Shown here piece by piece: positions 23,120-36,369 of a DNA stretch of 64,000 bases; the stretch's first letter is position 1; each line of letters begins with the position of its first letter. This stretch comes from Oikopleura dioica (taxonomy: Eukaryota > Animalia > Chordata). The DNA lies in assembly GCA_907165135.1 (NCBI GenBank), contig OU015566.1:14260001-14324000 (forward strand). The letters run 5' to 3'. The notes below the pieces were generated by a model that saw only the letters and a list, made by a program, of their open reading frames with translations, was not told where the DNA came from and did not search any database. Made by a program: the position numbers and the translations under genes.

Positions 23120-24727
23120 GTACACTGTACAGGTTAAAGTTAACCCTTAGTGTGCTAGCCTGAAAGTTACTCTTTTTTAAAAGTGCCTGTGTATGCAGCG
23201 ATTGTGAACTTTTTGTTTCTGCGGCATACGTTTCTAAATAGGTTCAAATTGTCCAAACAGGAGCACATAAAGTGTAAATATTGGGAGCAGAGGTAAATCG
23301 CCGATCCTTGTTTTGGCAATTCGGGCACTCGGCGCGGCGCAAATCTCTCGCAAAATAAATCTATTTTACCCGTAAATAGCCACCGCCAGTTGTAAATTTC
23401 CATACTAACGTGGTTAATCCCTGATGGGCCAAATGGGGGAAAATAAATGAGGATCACTTGTTTTGCTGTTTGAGCTCGGACGGGATAAACTTTGGAAAGC
23501 GAGGAGTTAAATCTTACGTAGAAAATCGAGCTGCTCTACTTCGAAAATCGCTGAATCAAGTTTTTGATCGGAAAGTCTTGGTTTTGGAAATCCACTTCAA
23601 GTTGCGTCGGCAAAAAACGTGTTCAAGAATTACGAGTCCGTGTCCTTTTGATGATAAGGTTGACTCAGCGGGGGAAAATTGAAAAACATCGGAAAGATAA
23701 TGATACTGCCGAGTGACAGTTACCTGTCCCCACTCCGGATCATACTCTTTATTATTCAAAGGTTTTTACACGTGATCAAACCCGCCGTGGAAAAATTCGT
23801 TTTAATTTCTAGCTCGCTTGAGAGTGTTTTTTTCAATAAAAGCGCACGTGGACTTCGTGGAGCTCAAAAACCTGTGCGGAAAACCTGAGTAAGGCTCTGA
23901 AAAAAGGGCTTCTAGGGTATTTACGCTGGCGAAACTGAAGGAAATGGCATCATCAAGCAATTGATTAGGCGCAAGTTGGGCGCCACACGCTCCTTTCTTC
24001 TGATTTTTCTTGAGCTCCTCCCAGCTAAGCCCTGTTTTGAGGCGTCCATATTTATGCCCTCATGACGAGAATAAACAAAATTTAATCGCCATTCCTGAGT
24101 CGAACTGGCCCCGATTTGATTCGTCTTCTGGCTCATCTGCTTTCGTTTTGAAATCACTCCAGGCGAGGAGGGTTGCTTTTACATTGAGTTTTTCCTGTTT
24201 TGAGTGAATAAGCGTTTTTGATTGGAGAAAAAAGAAAATCCGCGATTCTGATTGGCCGAGACGACGATTTATTAAAACAGCCAATCAAACTTGTCTATTT
24301 GCTTTTTCGACCAATAAGAAGCCTTTTTTTAAACAGCTCAGCTCAAAAAATAGACTTTCTAGTGTCAAAACAAATTATCAAATTCTTGAGAACTAGTTTC
24401 TTTATTATGACAGCTTCTAATACTAAGACTGCGAAAAATGCCGATTTCGCTGAACGCACCAAAACGGCCTCCTTTTCTTATTCGTCTCTCACCTGGCCGC
24501 TTGTCGGCAAACAGGTTAACGAGCAGTCATCCTTTTTATTTTTGAACATTCTCAGGAGACTTTTGCCGAGTGTCATAATGCGGTCAGACTAAAGTAGCGA
24601 AGTATGCTAGACGAGTAATTTCAAAAATCATTTAATCGCCGAGTTTACTAAATAAGATCAACGAAGAAAACGATCTAGCTTTGCGTTTCTTAACGCTTCT
24701 TTCGAATTTCAACACGATTTATTTGGA

Positions 24728-24884
24728 GGGTACTGAATTATACCGCCTTGTGCCGCCTAACGCCGCCTTTTGCCGGCATGCGCTTTTCCGACCGGGCGGC
24801 GCTAGGCGGCACAGGGCGGCATACGGCGGCGTGGGGCGGCACAAAGCGGCGTAGGGGGGCACAAGACGGCACAATTTAGTACCC
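24728..24884. repeat. Palindrome of ccgcc/ggcggc short repeats bounded by gggtact/agtaccc
   Basis: Runs of gccgcc face runs of ggcggcac. The termini resemble those of the 11312-11367 micro-MITE. Confidence 0.8.
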
Positions 24885-25492
24885 GTCATTTATTTCTTGA
24901 AAAATGACTGCCGAAAAGAGCGTTTCTTATTGGTGGAAAATTTGTAAAGAAGATTTTGATTGGCTCCTCGACTAGGCCTGTCTGTTTGAGCTTCTCTTAT
25001 TCACCATTGACCTGAAAAGTCATGGGTCGATTAATTGTGGGAGTTCCATCAAAATTGACAGTAGGATCGCCCTCATCGAAAATGTCTAACATGCCACATC
25101 TGGCAGAGTGCGCCAGGAATGCCACAGCTCCCCCGAAAAGCTTTTATAAAGATTCCCGAATTCCCTCTTCATTTCTATCCTCTCTAGAAACATCTCTCTA
25201 TTTTTCTTTCTGGGATCCCTTAGCTTCATCTTCTCCAGCAGGCTGACGGCGGCTGGAATGAACACCGTCTCTGAGTTTCCTAATCGCGTAACCGATGCAT
25301 CTTTCTTGCGGCACTTGTTTAGACGAAATTTGATGTTCAAATCCAATTTGTAAGGAATTGCTAATCAATCTGTTTTAGCTACTCAAACGTTTCATTTTCT
25401 CTTTCAATCATAATTATGAGTCATAATTATGATGATTTAGCAAAGTTGAAGTTTAGAGGAGCTACCCTGACTCAGGCGTTTAGCAGGATTCA

Positions 25493-25719
25493 GCAACCTG
25501 TGTGAAAACCTGAGTCAGGGTTTGAAAGATCTGAAAAGAAAAGCCGCATAGCGGCTTTTTAAAAAACGAAGCCGCGAAGCGGCTTCGCAAGATTACCATT
25601 TTGACCAGCTTTTGATCTCTGGCGAAGCCGCTTCGCGGCTTCGTTTTTTTAAAAAGCCGCTGCGCGGCTTTTCTTTTCAGATCTTTTGAACCCTGACTCA
25701 GGTTTTCGTTACAGATTGC
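25493..25719. mobile_element. Branched palindromic element: AP-1-site outer arms plus four AAGCCGC hairpins
   Basis: gcaacctgtgtgaaaacctgagtcagggt...aagccgcatagcggctt...aagccgcgaagcggctt mirrored by aagccgcttcgcggctt...aagccgctgcgcggctt...ccctgactcaggttttc. Confidence 0.85.
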
Positions 25720-26494
25720 CGAGACCAGGCGTTTAGAGGTCTATTTATTTGAACCCATGGACCGGAAACGGGCGAAAAAGCAGCTAATGTTAGGTTCAAA
25801 TGAAAGAGAGCCTGTCCGATAGTCGATGTCTCACTGATTAATCCTTAACCTTTTCCCGCCTCCCCACGCAAGAAGAAAGGTCACGCGTCAGGTCCTTTCT
25901 TGTGGCTCGGAGAAAGACCGTCCTTTCGAACTGGAGCATTTCATTCTAATAAAAAATTCCACTTGCTTATTTTTATTTTTTGTTCTTTTGGGAACGACAT
26001 GTTTATAAAACTTAGCAATTCTGACCTCGCTACTCCGCTAGTTCTGAAAAAAAAATTGGTAATCAGTCGTGTTGCTCGGTTAATTTTCAAGAGCGTTATT
26101 TTCCCAGAAAGATTTTTCGAAAATTCTTTCGCGAAAAAGATTACGTTCCTAAAAATGACCATCAAATTAGCATAAATATTTAATATTCGGCTTGTTTTTT
26201 GTACAAAATTTGCCGCGTTTGGGTCGATTATCATAATTTGCAAACTTTTAAGAGGGGGGTCCAAGTCTAAAGCCGCATTATTTGACAGATGGCTCGTTCC
26301 GGTGTCCGGCATCAATAATAAATATAAATAACTAGCAGGTGAATTTCAACTTGGAGCAGCTCTGTTTGTTTGATGCTTACGTTTTGGTGTGAAGAGACAA
26401 TTTAACTTTGGCCTGTTATATTTATATTCAAGCCAAATTAAGGAGGTAAAAGCCGTTTAAGTTGGATCATAAGCTACTAATTGTCCCTCGTAAG

Positions 26495-26640
26495 GGAGAA
26501 ATAAGGGTATCACTCCTTTATGAGTCGAAATGCGCTAGTCTTTTTACACCCTTATTTGAGATAGCAACTTAAGTAAGGGTATAAAAAAGACATGCGAATT
26601 ACGATTCATAAAGGACTGATACCCTTATTTCTCCGTTACC
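26495..26640. mobile_element. Palindromic MITE with TAAGGGTATCA ends and a nested inner palindrome
   Basis: agaaataagggtatcactcctttatgagtcg ... cgattcataaaggactgatacccttatttct, with inner tacacccttatt...taagggtataaa. Confidence 0.75.
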
Positions 26641-27972
26641 AGGGATTACCAGAGGACAATTCTGGAGATATGTTAGCTTGAAGTTAGGTCAAATATAGTC
26701 TACTTTCAATTTTTACTGAAAAACTTATAAATTAAAAGCTCCAATAATCGAAAATCCGTAGAATGCAATTATCAAATCTGACGCGAACATCTCTCCTTCA
26801 GTAATTAACCAAGTGTTTTCATGTAAATAGCTCGACCCTAAATATTTCGCTCAAGAATCAATTGAATAATTTCATTATTACTTTTCTTTAATTTCCTTGC
26901 TGCTCAGTTTTTTTTAACGCTCAGACCCCCGCTATGGGCTTCGCGACATTGAGGCTGAGCTGAGGATGTTTTGTTAGGACTTTAATTGTCAGCTATTTTG
27001 CGAATGCAAGATGAGAGATGTTACCAACAATGAAACATGCGAACCACAAGCGCATGCATTCTATCCATTTCTGTGGTCACTACCCTTAACGCGAGGCGGA
27101 AAATCATACGTAGATAATTTCTTTTTTATTTTTATTAAATCAAAGTATCAAGAAGAAATCGAGAGTCCGGATCAAGATAAATCTTTAAACAGTAAAATTC
27201 ATTTTCTTGTTGCTCTTGCATTCGGATGAGGCGTTATAATTCGTTATTTCCTATGGAGAAGATCAAGCAAAAAGAAAGTAAAAATACTCTTTTTCTGCTT
27301 TATTTTTTCATTTTTGAATCATTTTATGAATCATAATTTATGATTGTGAGATTTCACTGGTCGGTTTTGCTATTTATGCCCTGAAAATACATCTGGTTTA
27401 ACATCTGGAAGCTATCAACTTCCTGATTTTCGATCAAAGGTGATGTGTTTGATCAAAAAAGCTTTTGAATTTTTAAGAGATAAGATCAAGATACTATTAT
27501 GACCAAAGATCTTAGATCATCAAAAACATCAAGATCGACAAATATCCTCTATTTTGAAGAGAGAATTCAAAGAATTCAAAAGCGATCTAAAAGCGATATC
27601 CCTTATTAAATAAAAATTTACGAAAAAAGCTAGTAGAAGTTTTAGGGTAGGAATGCCGCCGCTGATTCCTCCTTAGTCAATTAAGGTGACCCGGTAGCTG
27701 GCCTTTCCCGATAATATTTACCCGAACTGTTAACAGATTAAATTTAACGACGATCAAAAAAGAGAGTTCCAACTCTCTTCAAATGCTAAGCTGCTTATTT
27801 TGAGATATTTTGGGAGAGCTAGAAGCTGATTAATTTTCTCGGCGGAAACGTAGAACTTCACATTTGGTGATCTTTTGGACGACTTTTCTCGGGCTGCGAA
27901 TCACTTCTTCGGCGATTATTAGCGAATCTGATGACTGGGGCACTTTTTCTTGAAAAAAGAAAATTTGTGTAT

Positions 27973-28130
27973 CTGATTAGCCGTAACGACGATTTACAGA
28001 AACAGCCAATCAAATTCGTCTATTTGCTTTTCTGACCAATAAATTGGTCAAATTGGCTCTCTATTGGTCAGAATAGCAAATAGACAAGTTTGATTGGCTG
28101 TTTCTTTAAATCGTCGTTACCGCCAATCAG
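27973..28130. mobile_element. Palindromic element carrying CCAAT pairs 30 bp apart
   Basis: ctgatt.gccgtaacgacgattta...cagccaatcaaa...gaccaata mirrored on the right. A half copy lies at 24248-24320. Confidence 0.8.
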
Positions 28131-30907
28131 AAACCCGGATTCTCTTCTTTTTTTAGAAAAAAATAAAAATGAAAAAACGGTGTTTGTTTTAAACTTTTAA
28201 ACATTAGAAGGGTGTGTATAAAATGCACTGGGCTGAATTTCTGGCCGGTTAATGTCAGTAAAAATGATAAACAGTGCCTAGAAGACGCAACGTGCTTCCT
28301 TGGCGAGTCCAACACCGCCGCTGAATTAATCCAAACCGCCACTCGAAGCAGCTCCCATATTTCCATCTCCACATCGAGTGCCCGCCCGCCAATTCATGTC
28401 ACCTACTTGCATTGCACCCTGATTCCGTTTAAATTCGAGGCAATACAGTCGAAAATTTTATCCCTTGTCGAAAAATGAAATAATTTAATGATAAAAATTA
28501 TGAATAAAATAAATAAAAGCTAAATTTCTTTGCTAGAATAAAAATTTTTTGGAATTTAATTCAAATAATCATGTTATTTGTTGGAAACAGATTTGTTGTA
28601 ATTGTTTGGGTTTAGAAAGGCGCCTTGCATTTGCATGTGCATTAAATCTGGGGCTCCCACGCAACTATGTGGTGCGTTAATCCAGCAGTCAAGCAGAAAT
28701 CGCCTGATTTGCTGCGGCCGCGGCCATCACCGCCAGCTCTAACCGACCGGTTCAAATTAATGACAATGTATAAACAACCGTGCAAATCGACAAACTAGCC
28801 TCACTTTCCCTGCATCAACACCCTGAACACTGATTTTTTGAGTACATTAGCTTCATTTAACAAATCTGCCAAAATCGCGGCTTTATTACATTTTCGAGCC
28901 AAAAAAGCAAAATAGATAAGGAAATGGACATTGTGTCGAAGCCGTTTCGCGGCTTCTTTTAGAAAAGCCGCTGCGCGGCTTTCAATTAAAGTTCTATTAA
29001 AAGATTAAATGATAATAGAGAATTCATAATTACTTTCTTCTCTCCCCGCTTATCAGCCGTAAAAACCTATAATTCCAACGATCTTTCATTCTTGTTAGCT
29101 ATCTTATCGCTCAATTGTCTTCCGTCGCGCTCCAAAGAAAGATTCAATTTCAAAAGGCGAGTCGACTCGACTCATAAAGCCCCGGAGTTGCAGTAATTAA
29201 GTTTGATGCGGAACAAGTCCTTACTAATGCGATCTTCGTAGGAGGAAACTTCCGCGCTTTGCCTTGTAGAGCAGATGCTCGCCGGATTTGTTAACAACCG
29301 AATTTCATCTGCAAAATTCGAGAAAGAGCAAAAAAGATAGAGCGGGAATTTTTCTATTTTCATGGAAAATACGCCGAAATAAAGAAAAAAATCAAGAAAA
29401 TTATTTTTATTTTAACGAAAAAATTCTGAAATTAACCAATAAGCCTCAATTTTTCTGAGAAAAAATATTTTAATTTTTTATTTTATTTTTATTTTGATAA
29501 AAAATTAATAATCAAAAATCATAATTATCGATAAAAATTATTTTATTCCATCCCTTGAATTACTATTTCCCTTTTTCCCAGCTCCGGTGCGCCATTATTT
29601 TTCGCGATAGCTCTCGCCGCGCTCGTTGGCGCCCTCGTGCTGAAAACCGAAATGTATCGCTTCTCGATGAACGTAGCCAATTAGCTGGCAGGGAAACCCT
29701 TTTACTGGAAGAAATTCGGGACATTTTTTCAGTCCCAATTTTTTATTTAACAAAAACGTACTAACAATTAGAGAAAATAAGAAAAAGAGAGATTACAAAG
29801 AAGCTTTTCGGAAGAGCCAGTTTTCGATTTTGAAGAAGCTGCTTTTTGTATATACTTGTCGAACTTTCTCGAGAGAAATGTGTACATAGACGAATCGACA
29901 AACCATTCAACTAATTATTTAAAAAAGATATTCAAAGAAAAGGGTTACTCTTCCAATTATTACATTTTTCGCATTTTGTTAAAAATATTTCATAAATTTA
30001 ATTAATTGAAATTTATCGCTCGTTAATTTTGATTTTTAATTAAAATAACTCATATTTCAATTAAATCATCATTTTTTCGATAGATTATTTTATTTATTAA
30101 ATCTTATATTCATTAATTTTTTTTTTCATAAAAAACATTTTTGGAACCTTTCAAAGGACCGGATAAATATCACTTTTTTGACTGTTTTTTTTCATTTGAT
30201 TTTTCAAATTTAAAACTTTTGGGGAGTTTTCGTTTTTAATTTCTTGGGCGGGAAATTTGTACTTGAAGATGATTTATTTTGTTTATTCGGATTAAGTTAA
30301 AGGTTCAAAATTAAATAAAAATTACCGATTTCACGATTTTTCATTTTTTCGTGTTTCGAATTCAATTTATTATTTTTCGTGAAATTTCATAAAAAAATGA
30401 GTTAATTGATCATTTTTGAACCTGTTTTGTATTCCAGGGACGGGTTTTGAATTAGCGCTAATTTGTAAATTGCAATTAGTTTCACCTTAACTTCATTTCG
30501 CTTATTTCCAAGTGTTAATGTTTTGTACTAGCTATTTACAAAACCTTTCATATTTTGGTTAGTATCTGCTCGAGCAGTGAGAGGCTCTTAATTGCTTTTA
30601 ACACGACTTTCACGAATTAACCATTTCTAGCAACGCCAAAAACACCACCACCAAACTTACGACAGGTAAATTTTTCAACAGCGAAACTCCCTGATTTTCT
30701 GATTCTCCTGATTCGGAATGAGAGAATTTGGGGTCACCAGAGTTAACCCGTTACGGGCTTGTTTCGCGGTTACGGGCTTTTCCACCTTTTTGATGAAGCA
30801 GTAGCTTTTACTGTAGAAAGTTTGACAGAAGACTTTTTGACAAGGTTCAATGCGGTTCAAAATATGAGGGCCTTATCTTTACAATGTTAACTAGACATCG
30901 ACATAAT

Positions 30908-31158
30908 GAAGCTTCAATTAGAGGTCTTTAATGTTATAATTTCAACGCGCAACTGGCCAATCAGAACGCGACGCGCGCGTTTCAAATCGAAATTTCGGGC
31001 CAAAAACATAACTTTTCTCAATTATAATTGAGCTACGAATTGTTATTGTAGAAATGGCTTATGTTTTAGGCCCGAAATTTGTATTTGAAAAGCGCGCGTC
31101 GCAATCTGATTGGCCAGTTGCGCGTACTATAAAATTAAAGACCTCTAATTGTAGCTTC
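30908..31158. mobile_element. 250-bp palindromic MITE-like element with CCAAT in each arm
   Basis: gaagcttcaattagaggtctttaat...cgcgcaactggccaatcaga mirrored by tctgattggccagttgcgcg...attaaagacctctaattgtagcttc. Confidence 0.8.
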
Positions 31159-31639
31159 TTTGTACGATGTCGATTTAAAGCCGGCTGGTATGGGTGGGGC
31201 CTCTGATTGACCATTCGGAAACAATTGAAATAAATTAGAAGTATATTTTGGAAAGTAATAAAAATGTCGAAAAAACTGTTCGAATTTGCAACGTTTTAAT
31301 CTCCGATCGCTTTGAGATGGCCCACGCCCATGTTTTCAGTCAATTCTATTTGATCCTTTTTTATTTTGATCCAAATAGTGGCGAAACGTATTTTTAGAAA
31401 AAAAAACTATATTTCGGTTTCTCTCTTTTGATTGATGATGGAAAAAGTTCATTTTTGTGTTTTAGATGTGCTTCTTTTCGACTTTGGGATGAGCGTACTT
31501 GGACTGATTGGATGAGCAAAGAATGAAGTCGCAATTTACTTGATAATTCTTGATAGTTTCTTTCTAGTAGCGGAGATATTTATTTTCTAGCAGTAGAGTA
31601 GTCGAATTTATAATTATCAAGGGCTGACCAAAGGGTCAA

Positions 31640-34600
31640 ATGATCATACCAGATGAGGGGAGCCAACAAGCAAGCTTTGGATCGTCGCTAATTCTCTCTG
31701 CCACTCTTCTCAGGTACAATTCCTAAGAATAAGGGGAGGGCGTCAGGAACAGACAAAAGAATTTCGACAAATTCTGCGTGGGCGGCTAATCGGCTGCTGA
31801 TTAGCCAGCTATCCGAATCCAGGCTTCTGATTGGTTGAAAATTTCCACGTAAACTTATCAAGATTTTTTGTCGGCTCCTGAAACCTCCCCGTATCAATAT
31901 CTAAGAATAAGGGTGTAGCTTTACTATCTCAACAAGAGCTCGATTTAACGACGGCTAGTACTCTTCTTCAAAGTTCTCTCCAAGAACGAAAAACCGCGAG
32001 GCGAATTAGGGAGTACTTTTAGATAATAATTCATTATGGTCATATCTGAGGTAGTTCCCTTAGAAATTCTAGCTTAGTTAAAAATTGCTAATTTTTTTTG
32101 TGATTTTGAATCGAAAGAGAGGGTCAATTGGTAAAATCTCGTTTTAGTCTGATCGTGGTCGCTGTCAAGTCCGCCTCGTGCTTCAAGCGCAAGGACGAGG
32201 ATGAAGTCCTATCAACCGTCGATTCGTTTACAATAAGTCGATGGAGCTGTCTGTGCAACTGGTGGGCCAGCTCTGAGCCGCTGCGGTGGAGCGAGGACGA
32301 CAACAAATTCACCACAGATTCCGTCAAGGTGCTTGTTATCCCCAGACGCGGGAGAGAGCGTTTTTCCCCACTTTAAAGTTGACTCAAAAGTTGATTCAGC
32401 AAGCCAATCGATCAATTGAAAATTAATCGCGACGATAGGAAAATAAGGCGCTTCTAAACTAAAAACTGGAACGCGGGCACTGTCAGTAGACTGATAACGT
32501 GTTGATAGATACGCTCAATCCACTTACAACGACGCGCTCTTCCGAAAAAGCGATCGAGAAAACGTTTCATTTTGCATTTTTCGGATTAGCAATAAAGATC
32601 GTTTAGCAACTTTCATTTTGAGAATCGCATTTTCCCTTCTTCCGATTGGCTTAAAGCTCTTTACGCAAGATCGTGTCGACCAATCAGAGGCTTGATCAAA
32701 ATATTCGTTATCGTGATGATCAGTTGTAGAAAAAAATTTCAATTGCTTCATACAATAACGAGTCTTTTAATCGAGTTCCTGATTGGTTGACATATTCTGA
32801 GCTCCGTTAAGCCAATCAGGAGCTTGATTATTTTCATCAAGCCTCTGATTGGCCAATCAGAAGCTTGATACGACGATAGGCTTTCCTTAGAAGCATAATT
32901 GACCTAGATTTTAAACCTGTTTATTTCAGTCCATGGACATCAAAAAAGAGAGCAAAAAGGTACGTGATGGAAAATCATATCTTCCGAAAGGTGTGGACGG
33001 CGTCGGTCCCTCGACGAAAAAGTTCCTCGAGCTCGGGCCCGAACAAATGCTCCCTCAGGCGGACAGACGGCAGCTTGAAGATAATCGCCTCGTCATGAAG
33101 GTGCGTAAAAACTCGAGTTCCGTTAGCACTAATTAACACGGTTAATGTTCAGGCGTATTTGATATCAAAGCTGGTGGCTGCCCGGTACGACTTCACGGAT
33201 GGCGAAATGACGTTCCAGGACCAGGCAGAAGGTAACATTTGATTGACATGAGTAAACATGATGCAACTACGCTAATCGAGTTCACCAAAAATACTCGAAA
33301 ATTTTGCTCCAAAAGTAAATTTCGAGTGATCCAAAATTCTACAACGGGCTCTCTTGATAACGAATACTTTCATTCTTTCTTCTCATTGGTCAATTTGAAA
33401 TTTTTCAATTTGAAAAGGAATCCTTTTGGCCTGCTTATTTTTTGACCAATCAGATAGGTCGATGAAAATTTTCGTATTCAAAACAAGCTGTTGTAGAAAA
33501 TCGGTTTTCATCCTTTTTACCTTATTTTCATTTTTTGACCAATGAGGAACTTTGATGACAAATTCGCTATTCTTTCATCCGTCTGTAGTCTAAACGGGTT
33601 TTTCTTAATTGAAACAAGATTTTTTCAACTTTGTAATTGAATCGACATAAATCGAATTAATTAAAATTTTCTCCTCGAGGATAATATGTTACTGGTTCAT
33701 CTCGCTCTGTTTTTAAAACAAGTTCTTTTGAAATGGATCAAAAGAAAAAAGAGAACAATTATTTTATTTCGCCGATGCACGATTTCTCAATTGACATGCT
33801 CAATTTTCAATTGCTCGCTAATTACGTCCCTAATGCACTAATTGTACTAGAAACGAAAAAAGAGGCCAGATGCAATTTGAAAGATTCAAACCGCGAAAAA
33901 TTTCTAATAGCGTGATAACATGATTTTGTCCAAACTTTTTCAAGCGATAAAATAGAGCTGATAAACTTGCTTTGCCAGAAATTACATCCAACGCGGTTGA
34001 ACGCAAAACACAGCATTTTTCGTTTTTTTATTAAGAAAATTTAGCCAGAATGAACTTTGGGAGAGCATATTTTTCTTCCGATACAGCGGGTAGTTGGACT
34101 AACAGTAGTTGTTTTTGGTTCTGCCAGTTGATATGAAAGTATGCCAGCTATGAAGAGCAGAAAGAGGATGATCATCAAAATGATGAGAATTTTTCCATTG
34201 AAAATCTTTCTTATTCGGGGGCAGTCGGACTGTTTTTCATCGCTGAAGACTTTCATTATTTCTTAAAAAATGTTCGCTTAGTTGATTTCGAAACTCGGTT
34301 TGTTCTAACTGAATAGAATAAACATAATTTCCAAGCGCCCTTGGTAATTATCCAGGCTGACGAGCCGTGAAACTAACCGGGATACAAAGGCTGAGAAAGA
34401 GGGTAGCCATCGTAGAAATTCCTCGGGCACTTTTTTGACGAATTTTTCTATTTTTCAAAAGAGTCGTTATTTTCATTTGGTTCACATGAGCTGAATTTAA
34501 GGACCAACCGTCAAGATTTGAAAATTTGATCGAAAATCTTAAGGGTATCAGCCCGAAATCACTGTTTGAAAAAATCAATCCCACTTGACGGAGGGGTCCT

Positions 34601-36369
34601 TAAATCTGGATATTTTTAAACGTTATCATACTGACATCCTTATTCTATTCTTTCAGAGACAACAAGATTTTGCTCATTTTTTCGTTCTAGCGCAAACAGG
34701 TTCTCTTCGATGTTTTTGCTGTTTGAACACTTGGTTTTGAATTTTCCAATTCTCATCATTATTTTTTTTGTTTCTAGTGCGCCGCTGCGTAATTTTCATG
34801 TTCAAACAAGAAAAGAGCAGAGTGCATTTTTCACGAATTTAATTTAGCTTCAAAATTGAAACGAGCACCAGTTCCAGTTTCAATCTTGTTTTTTGGCGAG
34901 TTGCGGGAACGTGCTTTTTTCAGCCGTTCTTTTTTAAGGGTTTCCAGATTGATAGAAACAACATAGAAAATAACATTTTCAGGAATAACAAACGCTCTAA
35001 ATAAAAGTTCAGTTTAAGGGCCTCCCTTAAAAGATAATTTTAAAATAATTTTACGCGAAACGGTGCTTTTTCGATTAACGAGGTCTACCCCCTTAACTCC
35101 ATTCCATAAATTCTTAGAATCAAAGTCCAGGGCTTTAAGGGCATCCTTCCATTAAAAGATAATTTTGAAATAATTTGACGCGAAATCATCATTTTTTCAA
35201 TTAACAGGGTCTATCCCCTTAACTTTATTCTTTAAAATAATAATTATTATTTATATAAAAAAAAAGATCAGGGCTTTAAGGGCCTCCCTAAAGATAATTT
35301 AAAGAAAAATTGACGCGAAACCGTTGTTTTTCGAATAACATGGTCTACCCCCTTAACTCAATTCTTTTAGAGAAACAGATCAACGTGGAAGACTACAAGC
35401 TGCGGACGCAAAATATGTACAATCTTCTTTACGCTGGGCAGATTGCTGTTGATACAAAGGAACAGTTTTTAAATCAGAAACACAAGAGCTTAAATAAGGG
35501 TTTCACGGTGTAAAACTGTGACTCAGGCAACTCGTAAGCAACAGCGCACTGCTCTCAAGCGTCTGAAAAAGTCCAATCTGAACAGCCGGCCGAACAAGAT
35601 CAAGGAACTCGCCAAGCAAATGAAAGAAGAAGCGAACCGACCGCCCCCACCCGCCGTTGATCGGCAATCTTCGGGAATCGGTTCTACCGGCGACATTTCC
35701 AAAGCCGAGACGACTACGGTGGCGACAACGACGGCAGCGACTAATGATCAGTCGAGCTACAATTCGAGTGGATCAAAGATTTCGCAGTTTTTGAGGAAAC
35801 TCAAATTCAAGAGCTCGAGGGACTCGGCTGTTGGATCCAGTCTTGGATCGGTCGATCAGCTTGGCGCGGCTCCTGTTAAAACAGTTGAAAAAGTATTTCA
35901 TTTTTCAGAAACATTCATTTTTTGCAAACCTGAGTCAGGATTCAAAAAGTACGCACTGAAATTTTCATCCAATCAGAATCCTGGATTCGGCTAATCGGCC
36001 AATCAGCAGCCGAGAAGCCGCCCACGCATAATTTGTCGGTTCTTGACGCAACCCCTTAGAAAAATCATTTTTTTCAAATCCTGACTCAGGTTTTGATTTC
36101 TACACAGGTTGCAAATTATCGATTTGGAGACCCTTAAACGAATGATAATTTTCTAGCGTGATTCGATCATTTTAAGATCTTGGCTAAGCCTCTTAAAACG
36201 TAAAAAAGTGACTCAAATGGTGGCATAATGTTTCGTAATCGTAAAATTTTCTAAAAGACGATATGCAAATAACGCGGCCAAACTCCCTTAAAAACACTCT
36301 TTTCAGAATACCAACTGGGCGACGGCGAAGAAACCCTCTCACATCACCTTCGCTGGTGCGCAATTTTAA
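31640..36369 (+). CDS. Uncharacterised single-pass membrane protein, ~7 exons; 5' end uncertain
   Basis: Phase-consistent joins: ...FGSSLILSATLL|SLIVVAVKSASCF...TDSVK|SMDIKK...RLVMK|AYLISK...DQAE|EKQINV...VDTK|ATRKQQ...KTVEK|NTNWATAKKPSHITFAGAQF*. No family recognised. Confidence 0.55.
35016..35365 (+). repeat. Three tandem copies (~125 bp) of a TTAAGG...CCCCTTAA mini-element in an intron
   Basis: ttaagggc..cccttaaaagataattt...acgcgaaa...ggtctacccccttaac repeated at ~35016, ~35138 and ~35272. Confidence 0.8.
35925..36115. mobile_element. AP-1-arm palindrome enclosing a CCAAT module
   Basis: aaacctgagtcaggatt ... aatcctgactcaggtttt...tacacaggttgc. The interior matches the reverse complement of ~31765-31850. 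Confidence 0.7.

Larger units (their letters stand above)
23167..26315 (-). pseudogene. Possible fragmented or degenerate multi-exon gene(s) of unknown product
   Basis: Several minus-strand ORF pieces have plausible composition and some splice-like boundaries. In-frame stops interrupt them, and I recognise no domain. Confidence 0.2.

Noticed and set aside
28620-28800. Octamer (ATTTGCAT at 28629) enhancer cluster
   Set aside because: A single motif hit is expected by chance in 64 kb, and no target gene is supported.
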